Source: an uncultured Candidatus Nemicrothrix sp.
GTDB taxonomy: Bacteria; Actinomycetota; Acidimicrobiia; Acidimicrobiales; UBA8592
NCBI GenBank assembly: GCA_964564495.1
Contig: CAZMAW010000002.1
Coordinates: forward strand, 75,364 to 139,363
Length of the DNA stretch: 64,000 nt
Direction: 5' to 3'
Shown here: positions 18,658 to 28,261 of the stretch, piece after piece
Numbering within the stretch: the first letter of the stretch is position 1
How the letters are laid out: every line of letters starts with the position of its first letter
Made by a program: the position numbers and the translations under genes
Notes under the pieces: generated by a model
What the model was told of the DNA's origin: nothing
Databases searched by the model: none
What the model saw: the letters and a program-made list of their open reading frames with translations, nothing else

Positions 18658-19617
18658 CTAGGAGTTTTCTTTTGAGGGGAGGCGAATCAACGCAGTTGCC
18701 GAAGCAGCTAAATGGTTATTTTGCAACCGGCATGAGATTGATACTTCACACCAGTGGCCAGAATTGTCATCGAAAGTTTGTGTTACAGTTCCGCTGATGG
18801 TTGTTGTGCTCCCGAGAAATGGAAGTTCATTAAAACTCACTATCAATTGAGATAGGAATCCGTTGTCGCCCATCCAGTTAGTAATGAGGTGGATTATCCA
18901 AGCGGTTAGTTGCGGGCCTGTCGCTGCTTGGGTATCAAGACCACCGGAGCTGTACTCATATGGGCCTTCAGGGGCGCCTTGAGTTCCTGCACACCATGCA
19001 ACAATGTCCATGATGCTAAGCGGCCCTTTAGTTATAGTTCCAATGTCGTTACCAATGACGACTTCATCCCAAAGCCTTGGAATGGCACCACGGTAATCTT
19101 CAGACAAGACTCTCTCTTCAATCTCCAACAGCTCATCACTGTTGTAACGAATTTCTTGCCTTTGATCGATTTCGAGAAGGGGATGTTTATCACGAAGAAC
19201 TGTCACTGAGGCCTTAGCTATAATTCCTTTGGATTCAGATACGAAAGTTGTCTCGCCATATTGACGAATGCTATCCACTGAAGGATTTTCACCTTCTTCT
19301 ATTAGGTTTGATTCCGCAGTTATTCTGTCTCCAATTTCGAAACGGTGAAACCACTTCCAAATTACGGTTTGATAATGTCGTTCATATCCCTCATAGCCCG
19401 GCGCAACAGTCGTCTCGTCGATAGCGTATGCGAATGATGGGGGAGCAATAGCTTTCTTTAGTGATGACTGAGGTCCGTAGCTGGCATCCACCCATAGTGG
19501 ATTGCTGTCTCCGATCCCCCATGCGAAATGTTTGACGGCGTCTAGAGTCACTTCTGAGACCCAAGAAGTCCGCCTAACGTTTTCTCCGTGGCCCCCCTTT
19601 TTTCGATTAAGCTTCAA
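18658..19617 (-). CDS. double hot-dog (MaoC/FAS1-like) dehydratase family protein
   Basis: FAWGIGDSNPLW N-domain; C-domain LITNWMGDNG...PFLGST. Confidence 0.75.
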   Translation of the reverse strand: MKLNRKKGGHGENVRRTSWVSEVTLDAVKHFAWGIGDSNPLWVDASYGPQSSLKKAIAPPSFAYAIDETTVAPGYEGYERHYQTVIWKWFHRFEIGDRITAESNLIEEGENPSVDSIRQYGETTFVSESKGIIAKASVTVLRDKHPLLEIDQRQEIRYNSDELLEIEERVLSEDYRGAIPRLWDEVVIGNDIGTITKGPLSIMDIVAWCAGTQGAPEGPYEYSSGGLDTQAATGPQLTAWIIHLITNWMGDNGFLSQLIVSFNELPFLGSTTTISGTVTQTFDDNSGHWCEVSISCRLQNNHLAASATALIRLPSKENS

Positions 19618-20083
19618 ATCGATCAGTAATTTCAGTGGTGCCGAGAGTGTTACCTGCTCCTTTGCCTAACGGGATTCCTTCCCAGTTGCTGTCAGCAAAG
19701 ATAACTAAGACGGTAGCTCCTTCAGGTCCGGCAACAAGTGGGCCATATCCACGATTTGCTAAACCTATTCGTACATCTCCAGGATACAGCCATGTCCGTC
19801 CAATCATTTGAGACCCTTCGAGTACTATTTCAGAATAGTCACACGCATGCGTGTGGGATTCGATAGTACATCCAGGCGGAAAATTCATTTTGAATACTGT
19901 CGGAGCTTCTGGATTCTCAGGAAGGCCGATCTTATACATAGTCGCGATCGCTTCCGTGGGAAGGGTAATACCTCCGATACCTTCCCATGAAGTGACGATA
20001 TGGCCCCGTCTATTGAGTTCGCTTGAGATTTCTTCTGTAGTGAGTGGCTGCGCTGTTTCTTCTTTTAATTCCTCTGTTGTCAT
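19607..20083 (-). CDS. cupin-fold protein; paralogue of 28262..28759
   Basis: FPPG...HTHACDYSE cupin motif 1, GDVRIG motif 2. Confidence 0.75.
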   Translation of the reverse strand: MTTEELKEETAQPLTTEEISSELNRRGHIVTSWEGIGGITLPTEAIATMYKIGLPENPEAPTVFKMNFPPGCTIESHTHACDYSEIVLEGSQMIGRTWLYPGDVRIGLANRGYGPLVAGPEGATVLVIFADSNWEGIPLGKGAGNTLGTTEITDRFEA

Positions 20084-20116
20084 AATGCCCCCTTCTATGT
20101 TTTATCTAATATAGCC

Positions 20117-20143
20117 AACCATCCGTTTGGTTATTGCTAGATT
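20117..20143 (+). promoter_or_regulatory. operator-like AACC-N8-GGTT plus extended -10 of a leaderless SDR gene
   Basis: AACCATCCGTTTGGTT 20117-20132; TGc-TAGATT (TAGATT 20138-20143), 6 nt before ATG 20150. Confidence 0.45.
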
Positions 20144-20149
20144 GGTGAA

Positions 20150-20992
20150 ATGGCTGGACGGTTAGAAGGAAAAGTAGCAGTAATTACGGGTGCGTCAAGT
20201 GGCATTGGCGAGGCAACGGCGCATTGCTTCATCGAAGAAGGAGCTCATGTCATTCTTGGGGACATCCAGAGCGACCTTGGAAAAGCACTCGCTGAGAGCC
20301 TTGGCCCCAGAGCATCGTTTTCTTTTTGTGATGTCACACAGGAAGACCAGATCGAAGAACTGGTCGCCGATGGGATAAAGGTAAATGGAAACCTTGATGT
20401 CATGATGAATAATGCTGGGATTGTCGGGGCGAGGGCACCGATTGATGAGATCAAGCTTGATGAGTTCCAAAGAACCCTTGAAATTCTTGTCGCTGGCTCT
20501 TTTCTAGGTATTAAACATGCAGCAGCAAAAATGAAAGAGCAAGAACACGGCTCAATTATCAATATGGCCAGTACTGCGGGCTTGAGTGGCGGATTTGGGC
20601 CGCATGCCTATGCGGCTGCGAAGCATGCGATTGTCGGGTTGACAAGAAATACGGCGGCAGAGCTGTGCAGATATGGAGTTCGCGTCAATTGCATTGCCCC
20701 TAGCGGAGTGACTACACCTTTGGCTGCTCAAGCCCACCTCGGTGATTTTCGAGCTATGGACGACCTCAAGGAAACTCTTGCACAAAATTCACCATTGAAA
20801 AATCGGGCAGGAACTGCTGAAGATGTAGCAAACGCTGCCCTGTTTCTTGCATCTGAGGAATCAGGATACACAAATGGCCACTGTCTCACGGTAGATGCAG
20901 GGTTTACATCAGGCTCTAAAGGTGGAGATCCTCAGCATATGACTAATGTTCCATTTATGCGGGAAGCAGGAAAAGAAGGGCTGAGCGATTAA
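20150..20992 (+). CDS. SDR; close paralogue of 35952..36785
   Basis: TGASSGIG, NNAG, YAAAK. Confidence 0.92.
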   Translation: MAGRLEGKVAVITGASSGIGEATAHCFIEEGAHVILGDIQSDLGKALAESLGPRASFSFCDVTQEDQIEELVADGIKVNGNLDVMMNNAGIVGARAPIDEIKLDEFQRTLEILVAGSFLGIKHAAAKMKEQEHGSIINMASTAGLSGGFGPHAYAAAKHAIVGLTRNTAAELCRYGVRVNCIAPSGVTTPLAAQAHLGDFRAMDDLKETLAQNSPLKNRAGTAEDVANAALFLASEESGYTNGHCLTVDAGFTSGSKGGDPQHMTNVPFMREAGKEGLSD

Positions 20993-22653
20993 GAAGTAAT
21001 CTTGTCGGCGGATTTTATTCCTCTGCTATCTAGCTCTTCGGCGATCATCTCTCTCAATGCAAACTTTTTAATTTTTGTGCCAGACATTGGCCACTCGGTG
21101 ACAAACCGCACATATCTGGGTATGCGGTATGTTGCGATTTCGTCTCTACAGAAATCAATAATTTCTTCTTCGGTTACATCTGTATCAGGATTTAACTGAA
21201 TATAAGCCGCAGGAACTTCAACATAGCGCTCATCAGGGGCAGCTACTACTTGAGCTAAAGCAACAGCAGGATGAGTAAGAAGGTATCCCTCTACTTCAGC
21301 TGCAGCGACGTTTTCGCCGCCAACTTTTAGCATGTCTTTTAAACGAGAAATGAAAGTTACACGCCCGTCCGAGTCTAACTCACATATATCACCTGTCCGA
21401 AAGAAGCCTCTCTCATCAAACACTGACTCGTTCAATTCCGAGTCACGAAAATAACCGTCGAACATGGCAGGACCTCGATACCACAGTTCGCCAATGCTTC
21501 CATAGGGAAGTTTCTCTCCGGTTTCTGGGTCATGAACCTCTACCTCCAAGCCTGGCATTGGAAATCCGCCGGTAGTAAACCGGAGTTCAGGTTCGTCATC
21601 CAACTCTGAAAGACCAAGGAAAGCACAGGCTTCGGTTTGGCCGACCGCATTCAGTAAAGGTGCCTGGGGTGTCGCTTTTTGAAATTCCCGGAGCCTCTCC
21701 GGAACGCCCACGCACATTAAAGTCCTCAAGGAGTCGAAGTCATTATCACTTCTATCCTGATGAGTAATTATCGGAAGCCAAATAGTCTCAAATGCTGGGA
21801 GAGCCACTGTGCAATTTTCGTCACGTATCTGCGCAAGCGCTACGCCAGGGTCAAAGTGTCCGGTGTGGAAGTAAGTACCACCGACAAAAATTGAAGCAAG
21901 CATAAAAGCCACGCCTCCAATATGGAACATAGGGAGTGCGGACCAAATCTTATCGTCTTCGTTGAGTAGCATTCGTTGTTGGATTGATATTCCGTACCTG
22001 CTAAATGCTTCATGGCTTAACATCGCCCCCTTGGGCATAGCAGTGGTGCCGGAAGTGTACATAATTATTGCCGTCTCACGAACTCTGACTCCGGACTGCC
22101 GTAGCCGAACTTCTTCGTCGCTTACACCTTTAGCGAGTTGATCCAAATCGTTAAGGTTTATAGTTCCTGGTCGTTCAATCCCATCTAACACGACTATTGT
22201 TTGAAGCTCTGGGGCTTCTTCGAGATTTAGAGAAGCGCTTTCAGATTCAGCAATTTGCGGGAAGGTTCTTTGTATGAGTTCGTTGAAGTCTGTTCCACTG
22301 TCTGCTGCGGTAGTGAAAACAACTTTCATGCCGGCATGAACAATCACTTGTCGAAGCTCTCTAGGTTTAAACCGGGAATTTATGGGGGCAGCTATCGCAC
22401 CAATTTTCGCTGTTCCAAGCATTATCGAAACGGTTTCGACACATTCCCCGAGGAAGTACCCCACGCGATCTCCTGATTCTACTCCTAACGCTAGAAGCAA
22501 TTTCGACATTTGTTCCGATTGGGCGGCTATGTCGCTGTAGGTATGGCGTTCGTCGCGGAAAACTATTGCTTCTTTATCGGGGTGAAGCTCCGCTTTCATG
22601 TCAATGAGATCACCCAGTGTTGTTGCGTTTATCCAATTTCGTTTCTCTTCCAT
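20989..22653 (-). CDS. acyl-CoA synthetase (AMP-forming)
   Basis: YTSGTTAMPKG, GQTE, FRTGD, RLKDMLKVGGEN. Confidence 0.93.
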   Translation of the reverse strand: MEEKRNWINATTLGDLIDMKAELHPDKEAIVFRDERHTYSDIAAQSEQMSKLLLALGVESGDRVGYFLGECVETVSIMLGTAKIGAIAAPINSRFKPRELRQVIVHAGMKVVFTTAADSGTDFNELIQRTFPQIAESESASLNLEEAPELQTIVVLDGIERPGTINLNDLDQLAKGVSDEEVRLRQSGVRVRETAIIMYTSGTTAMPKGAMLSHEAFSRYGISIQQRMLLNEDDKIWSALPMFHIGGVAFMLASIFVGGTYFHTGHFDPGVALAQIRDENCTVALPAFETIWLPIITHQDRSDNDFDSLRTLMCVGVPERLREFQKATPQAPLLNAVGQTEACAFLGLSELDDEPELRFTTGGFPMPGLEVEVHDPETGEKLPYGSIGELWYRGPAMFDGYFRDSELNESVFDERGFFRTGDICELDSDGRVTFISRLKDMLKVGGENVAAAEVEGYLLTHPAVALAQVVAAPDERYVEVPAAYIQLNPDTDVTEEEIIDFCRDEIATYRIPRYVRFVTEWPMSGTKIKKFALREMIAEELDSRGIKSADKITS

Positions 22654-22663
22654 GGGCCCAAAC

Positions 22664-22696
22664 TATCTAATTTGTTGCTCTGTAACAAAATAGATA
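22664..22696. promoter_or_regulatory. 13-bp inverted repeat in a divergent promoter region
   Basis: TATCTAATTTGTT 22664-22676 / AACAAAATAGATA 22684-22696, one mismatch, 7-nt spacer. Confidence 0.5.
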
Positions 22697-22788
22697 TGTC
22701 GTCTTTGTCTTGGACTGCTCATTTGTCAGGTGAATCATGAGAATTTACGATAGTCGAAGAAGTAATATGATCCAGAATGGAGATAGCG

Positions 22789-23664
22789 ATGGCAGAGGAA
22801 GCACCCTTACTTAATGATGAAGCGGACCATCCTCATGATGTGATGTGGGAAAATAATGGGCGCAGAATAGTTGCGATGGATTCAGCCCGTTATGTCGATG
22901 CTCGTAATCGTGATTGTGATGTTGTAGTGCCTTCGTCTTACCTCGGCGTTTTGCCAGCGCGTCTGATGGCACCGCATAAGCCTCGTGCGGTGATAGGGCA
23001 TGATGGGTGCATAGGGAAAGATGGTGCTGGTATAGCTGGGCTGTGGTATCTAGAAGCTCTTGGTATTCCTTCCGCAGCAGCAGACGGCATGAGCGCAGAG
23101 CTAGGTAATGGGATTGACCTGTATGAAACAGGAATAATTTCAAGAATAAATATTCTTGCTGAAAGAGCAGGAGTCTCAGAAGGGATGGCAGTCTCTGAGG
23201 CGGCAAAAATCCTCGCCCTTAATGATCCAGGAGATGTTACGGCAGGGACCAAGATACGTCGCGAATCTGTCGCTACATCAGATACTGGAAGAGAGATCAT
23301 TGTTACAGATTCAATTGTTTTCGCTTTGCCCGAAGACACAAACAATGTTCTTGTGACAGCAGGTCATACAGGTCGGTCCGGAGCGAAATTCCTTTTAGAA
23401 GTTTCCCCGCATGGATTTATCTGTTCCGATGGTGGAATGAGTAAGAACAAAGCTGGAATTGCTGGGCTAGAAATGACTGAAGCCCACGGTCTGGCTGGAG
23501 CCTGTTGCGATGCATGGAGTGCTCCTGTAGGAGATGCATTCAAAGCATACTACGAGGGTTCTATCAGCGCATGCAACAAACCAGCGCGGGACCGTGGGGT
23601 CGAAGTAGGAATGAGTATAAAAGATGCCGCCTTTGCACTTTTGCAAGAGGAAAAGAATGCCTAA
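22789..23664 (+). CDS. uncharacterised protein built from two homologous domains; paralogue of 38131..38976
   Basis: halves share DS...D-G...GIAGL...D...G...G.IS..N..A...GV..GM motifs. GGAG SD before ATG 22789 (alternative 22777). Confidence 0.8.
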   Translation: MAEEAPLLNDEADHPHDVMWENNGRRIVAMDSARYVDARNRDCDVVVPSSYLGVLPARLMAPHKPRAVIGHDGCIGKDGAGIAGLWYLEALGIPSAAADGMSAELGNGIDLYETGIISRINILAERAGVSEGMAVSEAAKILALNDPGDVTAGTKIRRESVATSDTGREIIVTDSIVFALPEDTNNVLVTAGHTGRSGAKFLLEVSPHGFICSDGGMSKNKAGIAGLEMTEAHGLAGACCDAWSAPVGDAFKAYYEGSISACNKPARDRGVEVGMSIKDAAFALLQEEKNA

Positions 23665-24052
23665 ACAATCCACATCGGAACTGACAGGTGAATTTTGGAA
23701 ACAGGCTCAAGCCCAAATACTTGTTCGTCCTGTCTGCAGGTCCTGTGGGGAAAATTTCTTCATTCCCCAAGTCATCTGTCCGAGTTGCCACTCGGATACT
23801 TGGAACTACCAAGAAAGTTCTGGAGCGGGTTCAATTTATAGCTATACAGTGATTCATCGTCCACCCGACCCCAGTTTCCCTAGCCCGCTTTTCGTCGCTG
23901 ACATTGAACTGGATGAAGGGTGGAGGATGTTCTCATGGATAGTTGACTCACCGGCCACTGAAATCGAAATTTCTGCAAGAGTTAAAGTGACCTTCATCGA
24001 TTTTAAAGGAAGAAGCCTTCCAGCTTTTGAAATTGTTCGGGATAAATCATGA
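23657..24052 (+). CDS. DUF35/ChsH2-type Zn-ribbon plus OB-fold protein
   Basis: CRSC...CPSC, SGAGSIYSYTVIH; overlaps both neighbours. Confidence 0.88.
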   Translation: MPKQSTSELTGEFWKQAQAQILVRPVCRSCGENFFIPQVICPSCHSDTWNYQESSGAGSIYSYTVIHRPPDPSFPSPLFVADIELDEGWRMFSWIVDSPATEIEISARVKVTFIDFKGRSLPAFEIVRDKS

Positions 24053-25584
24053 ATGTCGGGTTGTCTATCCATCGAAACGCAGTTCGGTCTCCAAAGTCAC
24101 CCGCAATTTTTGGTAGCGCTCAATTGACCTATGCGCAATTGGACAGAAGAAGTAATCAAATCGCTCATTATCTGAATACATTCCTAACTAAAGGTGACCG
24201 TATTGCACTATTTGTAGCGAATCGTCCTGAGGTAGTCGAAGTTATGGGTGGGATCGCAAAGGCTGGAGGTATCTACGTCGGTTTAAATTTTAGGCTTGGT
24301 TCCCTTGAACTACAGCAAATCTTTGAGAACTCAGAACCCTCATTAGTGATTACAGACGAAGAGCATTTAGGGCAAATTGAAATGTTGGCTAAAAAAATTA
24401 ACATTCCGATATTGAATCTAGATTCAAAAAAGTGGGAGGACGAAATAGCCGCGATGCCTGATCTTGTTCCAGATACCCTTCATGAGGTCCGCTATGACGA
24501 CGACTTTTGTATTGTCTATACAAGCGGGACGACCGGAAGGCCGAAAGGCGTCCTTTTTGATCATGGACGGGCTATTCAACACGCCACAGTTGCGTGCATG
24601 GAATACGAAATCGATTCAGAGGCTCGATACCTGATACAAATTCCTCACAATTCGAGCGTAAATATTACTATCGTCCCCTGTCTTACTGTAGGGGCAGCTT
24701 TGTCGTTTCGCGATAGTCGGAATTTCGATCCTGTAGGGTTTGCTCGAGAAGTTGAAGAGCAAGGGGTGACCCATAGCTTCCTCGTACCTACTCAGTTGAT
24801 GAGGATTCTTGATCGGCTACCGCATGAAGCTGATCAAAAATTTTCCGGATTAGTCACATTAGGGTACGGATCTTCCCCCATCTCGCCTGACCGCCTACGA
24901 GAGCTTGTAGATCGTTTCGGATGTATATTCAATCAACTTTATGGGATGGCAGAAATTGCTTCTATAGGGACAATTTTACGAAAGAATGATCACATGATTG
25001 GGCTAAATGATCGCCCCGAACTTCTCTCTTCATGCGGTCAACCTTCCCATGCTGTGCACGTTCGAGTAGTTGACAAGAGCGGAGAAGATGTTCCAATCGG
25101 AGATAGGGGAGAAGTAATTTTCGCGGGCCCTCATGTTATGAAGGGTTATTATCGAGACACTCAACGCACAGAAGAGGTATTAATTGACGGGTGGATGCAT
25201 TCTGGCGACATAGCCGAAGTAACAGAGGACGGGTTCATCTTTATTGTTGATAGGAAAAAGAACCTTATTATTCGAGGTGGCTTGAACATCGCGCCGACAG
25301 AGATAGAGAATGTCCTGTACAGGCACGAAGATGTTCTTGATGCAACAGTGATAGGCGTCCCTGATCCTGAATGGGGCGAAGCGGTTGTAGCTGTTGTAGC
25401 TCTCACTCATGAGGCTAATGCGACAGCAGAAGACCTTAGGGTCCATTGTCGCAACTCGGAATTAACCTCAATCAAAATACCTGAACGAATTGAAATTTGG
25501 GAGGCACTACCGAAAAACGCAGTAGGGAAGATATCAAAGAATGAAATCCGGGAAAGTTTTTGGGGATCTGGAAGGCAAGTCTAA
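24049..25584 (+). CDS. acyl-CoA synthetase (AMP-forming)
   Basis: YTSGTTGRPKG, YGMAE, HSGD, DRKKNLIIRGG. Confidence 0.93.
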   Translation: MNVGLSIHRNAVRSPKSPAIFGSAQLTYAQLDRRSNQIAHYLNTFLTKGDRIALFVANRPEVVEVMGGIAKAGGIYVGLNFRLGSLELQQIFENSEPSLVITDEEHLGQIEMLAKKINIPILNLDSKKWEDEIAAMPDLVPDTLHEVRYDDDFCIVYTSGTTGRPKGVLFDHGRAIQHATVACMEYEIDSEARYLIQIPHNSSVNITIVPCLTVGAALSFRDSRNFDPVGFAREVEEQGVTHSFLVPTQLMRILDRLPHEADQKFSGLVTLGYGSSPISPDRLRELVDRFGCIFNQLYGMAEIASIGTILRKNDHMIGLNDRPELLSSCGQPSHAVHVRVVDKSGEDVPIGDRGEVIFAGPHVMKGYYRDTQRTEEVLIDGWMHSGDIAEVTEDGFIFIVDRKKNLIIRGGLNIAPTEIENVLYRHEDVLDATVIGVPDPEWGEAVVAVVALTHEANATAEDLRVHCRNSELTSIKIPERIEIWEALPKNAVGKISKNEIRESFWGSGRQV

Positions 25585-26738
25585 TGGGTATCAAAGCCGC
25601 AATAGCTGGTGTCGGGCTAACTGAACAAGGTAAAACGCTAGACCGCACAAACATTTCCATATGCGTAGAAGCTCTGAGCTTGGCCTTGCAAGATGCAGGT
25701 ATGACAATAGATGATGTTGACGGAATTGCTGCCCGATGGCCTGGACCGGGAGGAACGTTATTTGATCCTGGGGTCGTTGACTGGTCTGGGACCCTTGGTA
25801 CCTCATTCCGTTGGGTATGTGATACTTATCCCCAAGGCGTTCCAGGCCTTCTGGACGCAGCTGCCGCTGTTTCAGCTGGCATATGCGAGGTTGCAGTCGT
25901 TTTTGGAGGTCAAGCGGGAGTCCTTCAAAAATCAGACCTTGCCGCCTATACGAGGCCAGAAAATGAATTTGTGGCCCCTTGGGGACTATTTACAGCAGCC
26001 CACTTTGCAATGATTGCACAGGTTTACTTCAACCGTTATAACCCTGACCGTTATCGGCTTTCTGAGGTGGCAGCGACAATACGTAATGCAGGGAATGTGA
26101 ATCCTAGGGCAGTAATGTATGATCGAGGCCCATATGAACCTGGTGATGTTACCGATTCTCCCCTTATATGTGAACCATTTCATCTTCTCGATCTTTGCTT
26201 AGCCACTGAAGGTGCATCTGCAGTCGTAGTGACATCTATCGAGAGAGCGAGAGACTGCCCACATACTCCAATTAAGATTTTGAGTGGAAGCTCTGAATGG
26301 CATAGGCAACAATATGTCAATCCCCCTCGTTATGACGAAGTAGGCCACATAGGTAAAGACGCCTTTTCTCGAACGTTCGGTGGAGCGGGGTTGGCACCTG
26401 GCGATATCGATGTATATGAGCTTTACGACATAAACACTTGGGAAGTAGTTCGACAGTTCGAAACGATGGGCTTATGTGATGAAGGAGAAGGAGTAGACTT
26501 TCTGCACGAGAATGGGATCGCTTGGAATCAGAAATATCCAACCAATACTGATGGGGGACTTCTTTCTTTCAGTCATACCGGTTGGGGGGGTCCGACATTA
26601 AAGATCGTCGAAGCAACTAGTCAACTCCGAGGCATAGCTAAATCAGGACAAGTCGAAGGTGCGGAGACAGCTTTAGTCACTGGAGCGGGTTCAGGAGCGC
26701 AGTACTTTAACGCAGCAATTTTATCAATTGACCGGTAG
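25584..26738 (+). CDS. SCP2/Ltp2-type thiolase-fold protein lacking the nucleophilic Cys
   Basis: AAIAGVG, ELYD, NTDGGLLSFSH; YPQG where the thiolase C-A-S-G motif is expected; TAATG coupling to the ligase. Confidence 0.85.
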   Translation: MGIKAAIAGVGLTEQGKTLDRTNISICVEALSLALQDAGMTIDDVDGIAARWPGPGGTLFDPGVVDWSGTLGTSFRWVCDTYPQGVPGLLDAAAAVSAGICEVAVVFGGQAGVLQKSDLAAYTRPENEFVAPWGLFTAAHFAMIAQVYFNRYNPDRYRLSEVAATIRNAGNVNPRAVMYDRGPYEPGDVTDSPLICEPFHLLDLCLATEGASAVVVTSIERARDCPHTPIKILSGSSEWHRQQYVNPPRYDEVGHIGKDAFSRTFGGAGLAPGDIDVYELYDINTWEVVRQFETMGLCDEGEGVDFLHENGIAWNQKYPTNTDGGLLSFSHTGWGGPTLKIVEATSQLRGIAKSGQVEGAETALVTGAGSGAQYFNAAILSIDR

Positions 26739-26773
26739 TTAGTTCGCACCATAATTTCGAAACTACTAATCTG

Positions 26774-28039
26774 ATGACGAGGATAGGAGAAGTCATGGAA
26801 ACTATAAGGGACATGGAACCACCCCCCCACATTGTCGGAATTCAACATTTTGTTGACTACGAATCGGTAGACGAAATTCTTAAATCTAAAGACTTCCGCC
26901 AAGGTTCACACCAGGAAAGTCAACCTTTCTTTGGAGACTCTCTCCTAACCATTGACCATGGTGATCATTTCGATCGGAGGAGGCTTGAGGCTCCACTCTT
27001 TCGGAAGGAAGCTTTGGAATATTATGAACGTGAAGAATTGCTCCCGTTGATAGCGAGATCTCTTGAAGAATGTGAACAGAATCGCGGGCAGGATGGTTTA
27101 GTAAGGGCAGATCTCTGTCTCCTAGTACGGAATATGTTGGCCCGAATCTCCGCAGTTACGACAGGCATAGACGGTGTTGACACACCTGAGCGCACCGATG
27201 CTTTCAGGATGTATGTTGAGCAATTAGGGACAGGTGCGACTGTGGAATGGTCAACGGAAGACCATGATGAGGTGATCGATCGAATTCTTGCTATCCGAGA
27301 GGGGTTTGTTAATGAATTCTATGGCCCTTCTGTAGAGCGCCGGCGTAAACTGATCTCGAAGTTTCAAGCAGGTGACATATCAGAGGAGGACCTCCCCCAT
27401 GATTTGTTAACTCTTATGTACCTTCACTGGAATGACGACTGGGATGACGAGCTGCCCTTACGGGAAGCGACCTTATACACAGTTGCCTCGAGTCAGACGA
27501 CAACTCATGCGGTCCCACACATGATGATGCATCTTCATGAATGGTTTGAAGCACATCCTGAAGATTATGAAAAAAGATTCGATCGAGAGTTCCTAAAACG
27601 CGCTGGACATGAAGCAATTCGGCTTCATCTGCCCTCCCCAGCTTTACTGAGAATAGCCCTTAAGGACGTCACTTTGAGTAGCGGGATTGAGATAGCTGAA
27701 GGGGAACGTGTCGCATGTTTATTCACTCCGGCGAATCGTGACATTTCCGTCTTCGGAGATGATGCAAAGTCTTTTGACCCCTATCGTGAAGTTGCCGATG
27801 TGAAACCTTGGGGATTCGCTTTTGGAGGGGGAGAACATACATGCATTGGTCGTACATTGGTAACAGGACTTTCCGCAAGAACTGACGGTGATGAAGGAAC
27901 AGATGGTACTTTGGTCAATATTGCCCTCGCACTTTTCGAAGCTGGATTAGAACTCGATCCAGAAGACTGGCCGGCATTTACCGAGCTCAGTTATCACGAT
28001 GCTTATGGTAGCTTCCCAGTAATTTTAAGAAGTCTTTAG
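26774..28039 (+). CDS. divergent cytochrome P450 (I-helix ASSQTT), same family as 9183/10432
   Basis: HFDRRRLEAPLFR, HEAIR, FGGGEHTCIG; alternative start 26795. Confidence 0.88.
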   Translation: MTRIGEVMETIRDMEPPPHIVGIQHFVDYESVDEILKSKDFRQGSHQESQPFFGDSLLTIDHGDHFDRRRLEAPLFRKEALEYYEREELLPLIARSLEECEQNRGQDGLVRADLCLLVRNMLARISAVTTGIDGVDTPERTDAFRMYVEQLGTGATVEWSTEDHDEVIDRILAIREGFVNEFYGPSVERRRKLISKFQAGDISEEDLPHDLLTLMYLHWNDDWDDELPLREATLYTVASSQTTTHAVPHMMMHLHEWFEAHPEDYEKRFDREFLKRAGHEAIRLHLPSPALLRIALKDVTLSSGIEIAEGERVACLFTPANRDISVFGDDAKSFDPYREVADVKPWGFAFGGGEHTCIGRTLVTGLSARTDGDEGTDGTLVNIALALFEAGLELDPEDWPAFTELSYHDAYGSFPVILRSL

Positions 28040-28046
28040 GGGGAAG

Positions 28047-28247
28047 ATGCCTGACTCCGAGTTTCACGTCAAAATCGACACATTAATTTGTGAGGGTACA
28101 GGTTATTGTGTGCGCGTAGTGCCAGAAATATTTGGCATTGGAGGCGATGGCTTGGGTGAAGTTCTTGTCGACAGGCCAGACTCGAATTATACAGAAGCCC
28201 TCGAAGAGGCAGCGACGCTATGCCCAACCAGGGCGATCACATATTGA
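28047..28247 (+). CDS. single-cluster ferredoxin, likely [3Fe-4S], partner of the upstream P450
   Basis: CEGTGYC...CP (CxxTxxC...CP); 7 nt after the P450. Confidence 0.9.
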   Translation: MPDSEFHVKIDTLICEGTGYCVRVVPEIFGIGGDGLGEVLVDRPDSNYTEALEEAATLCPTRAITY

Positions 28248-28261
28248 ACGACTTGCGCTAG

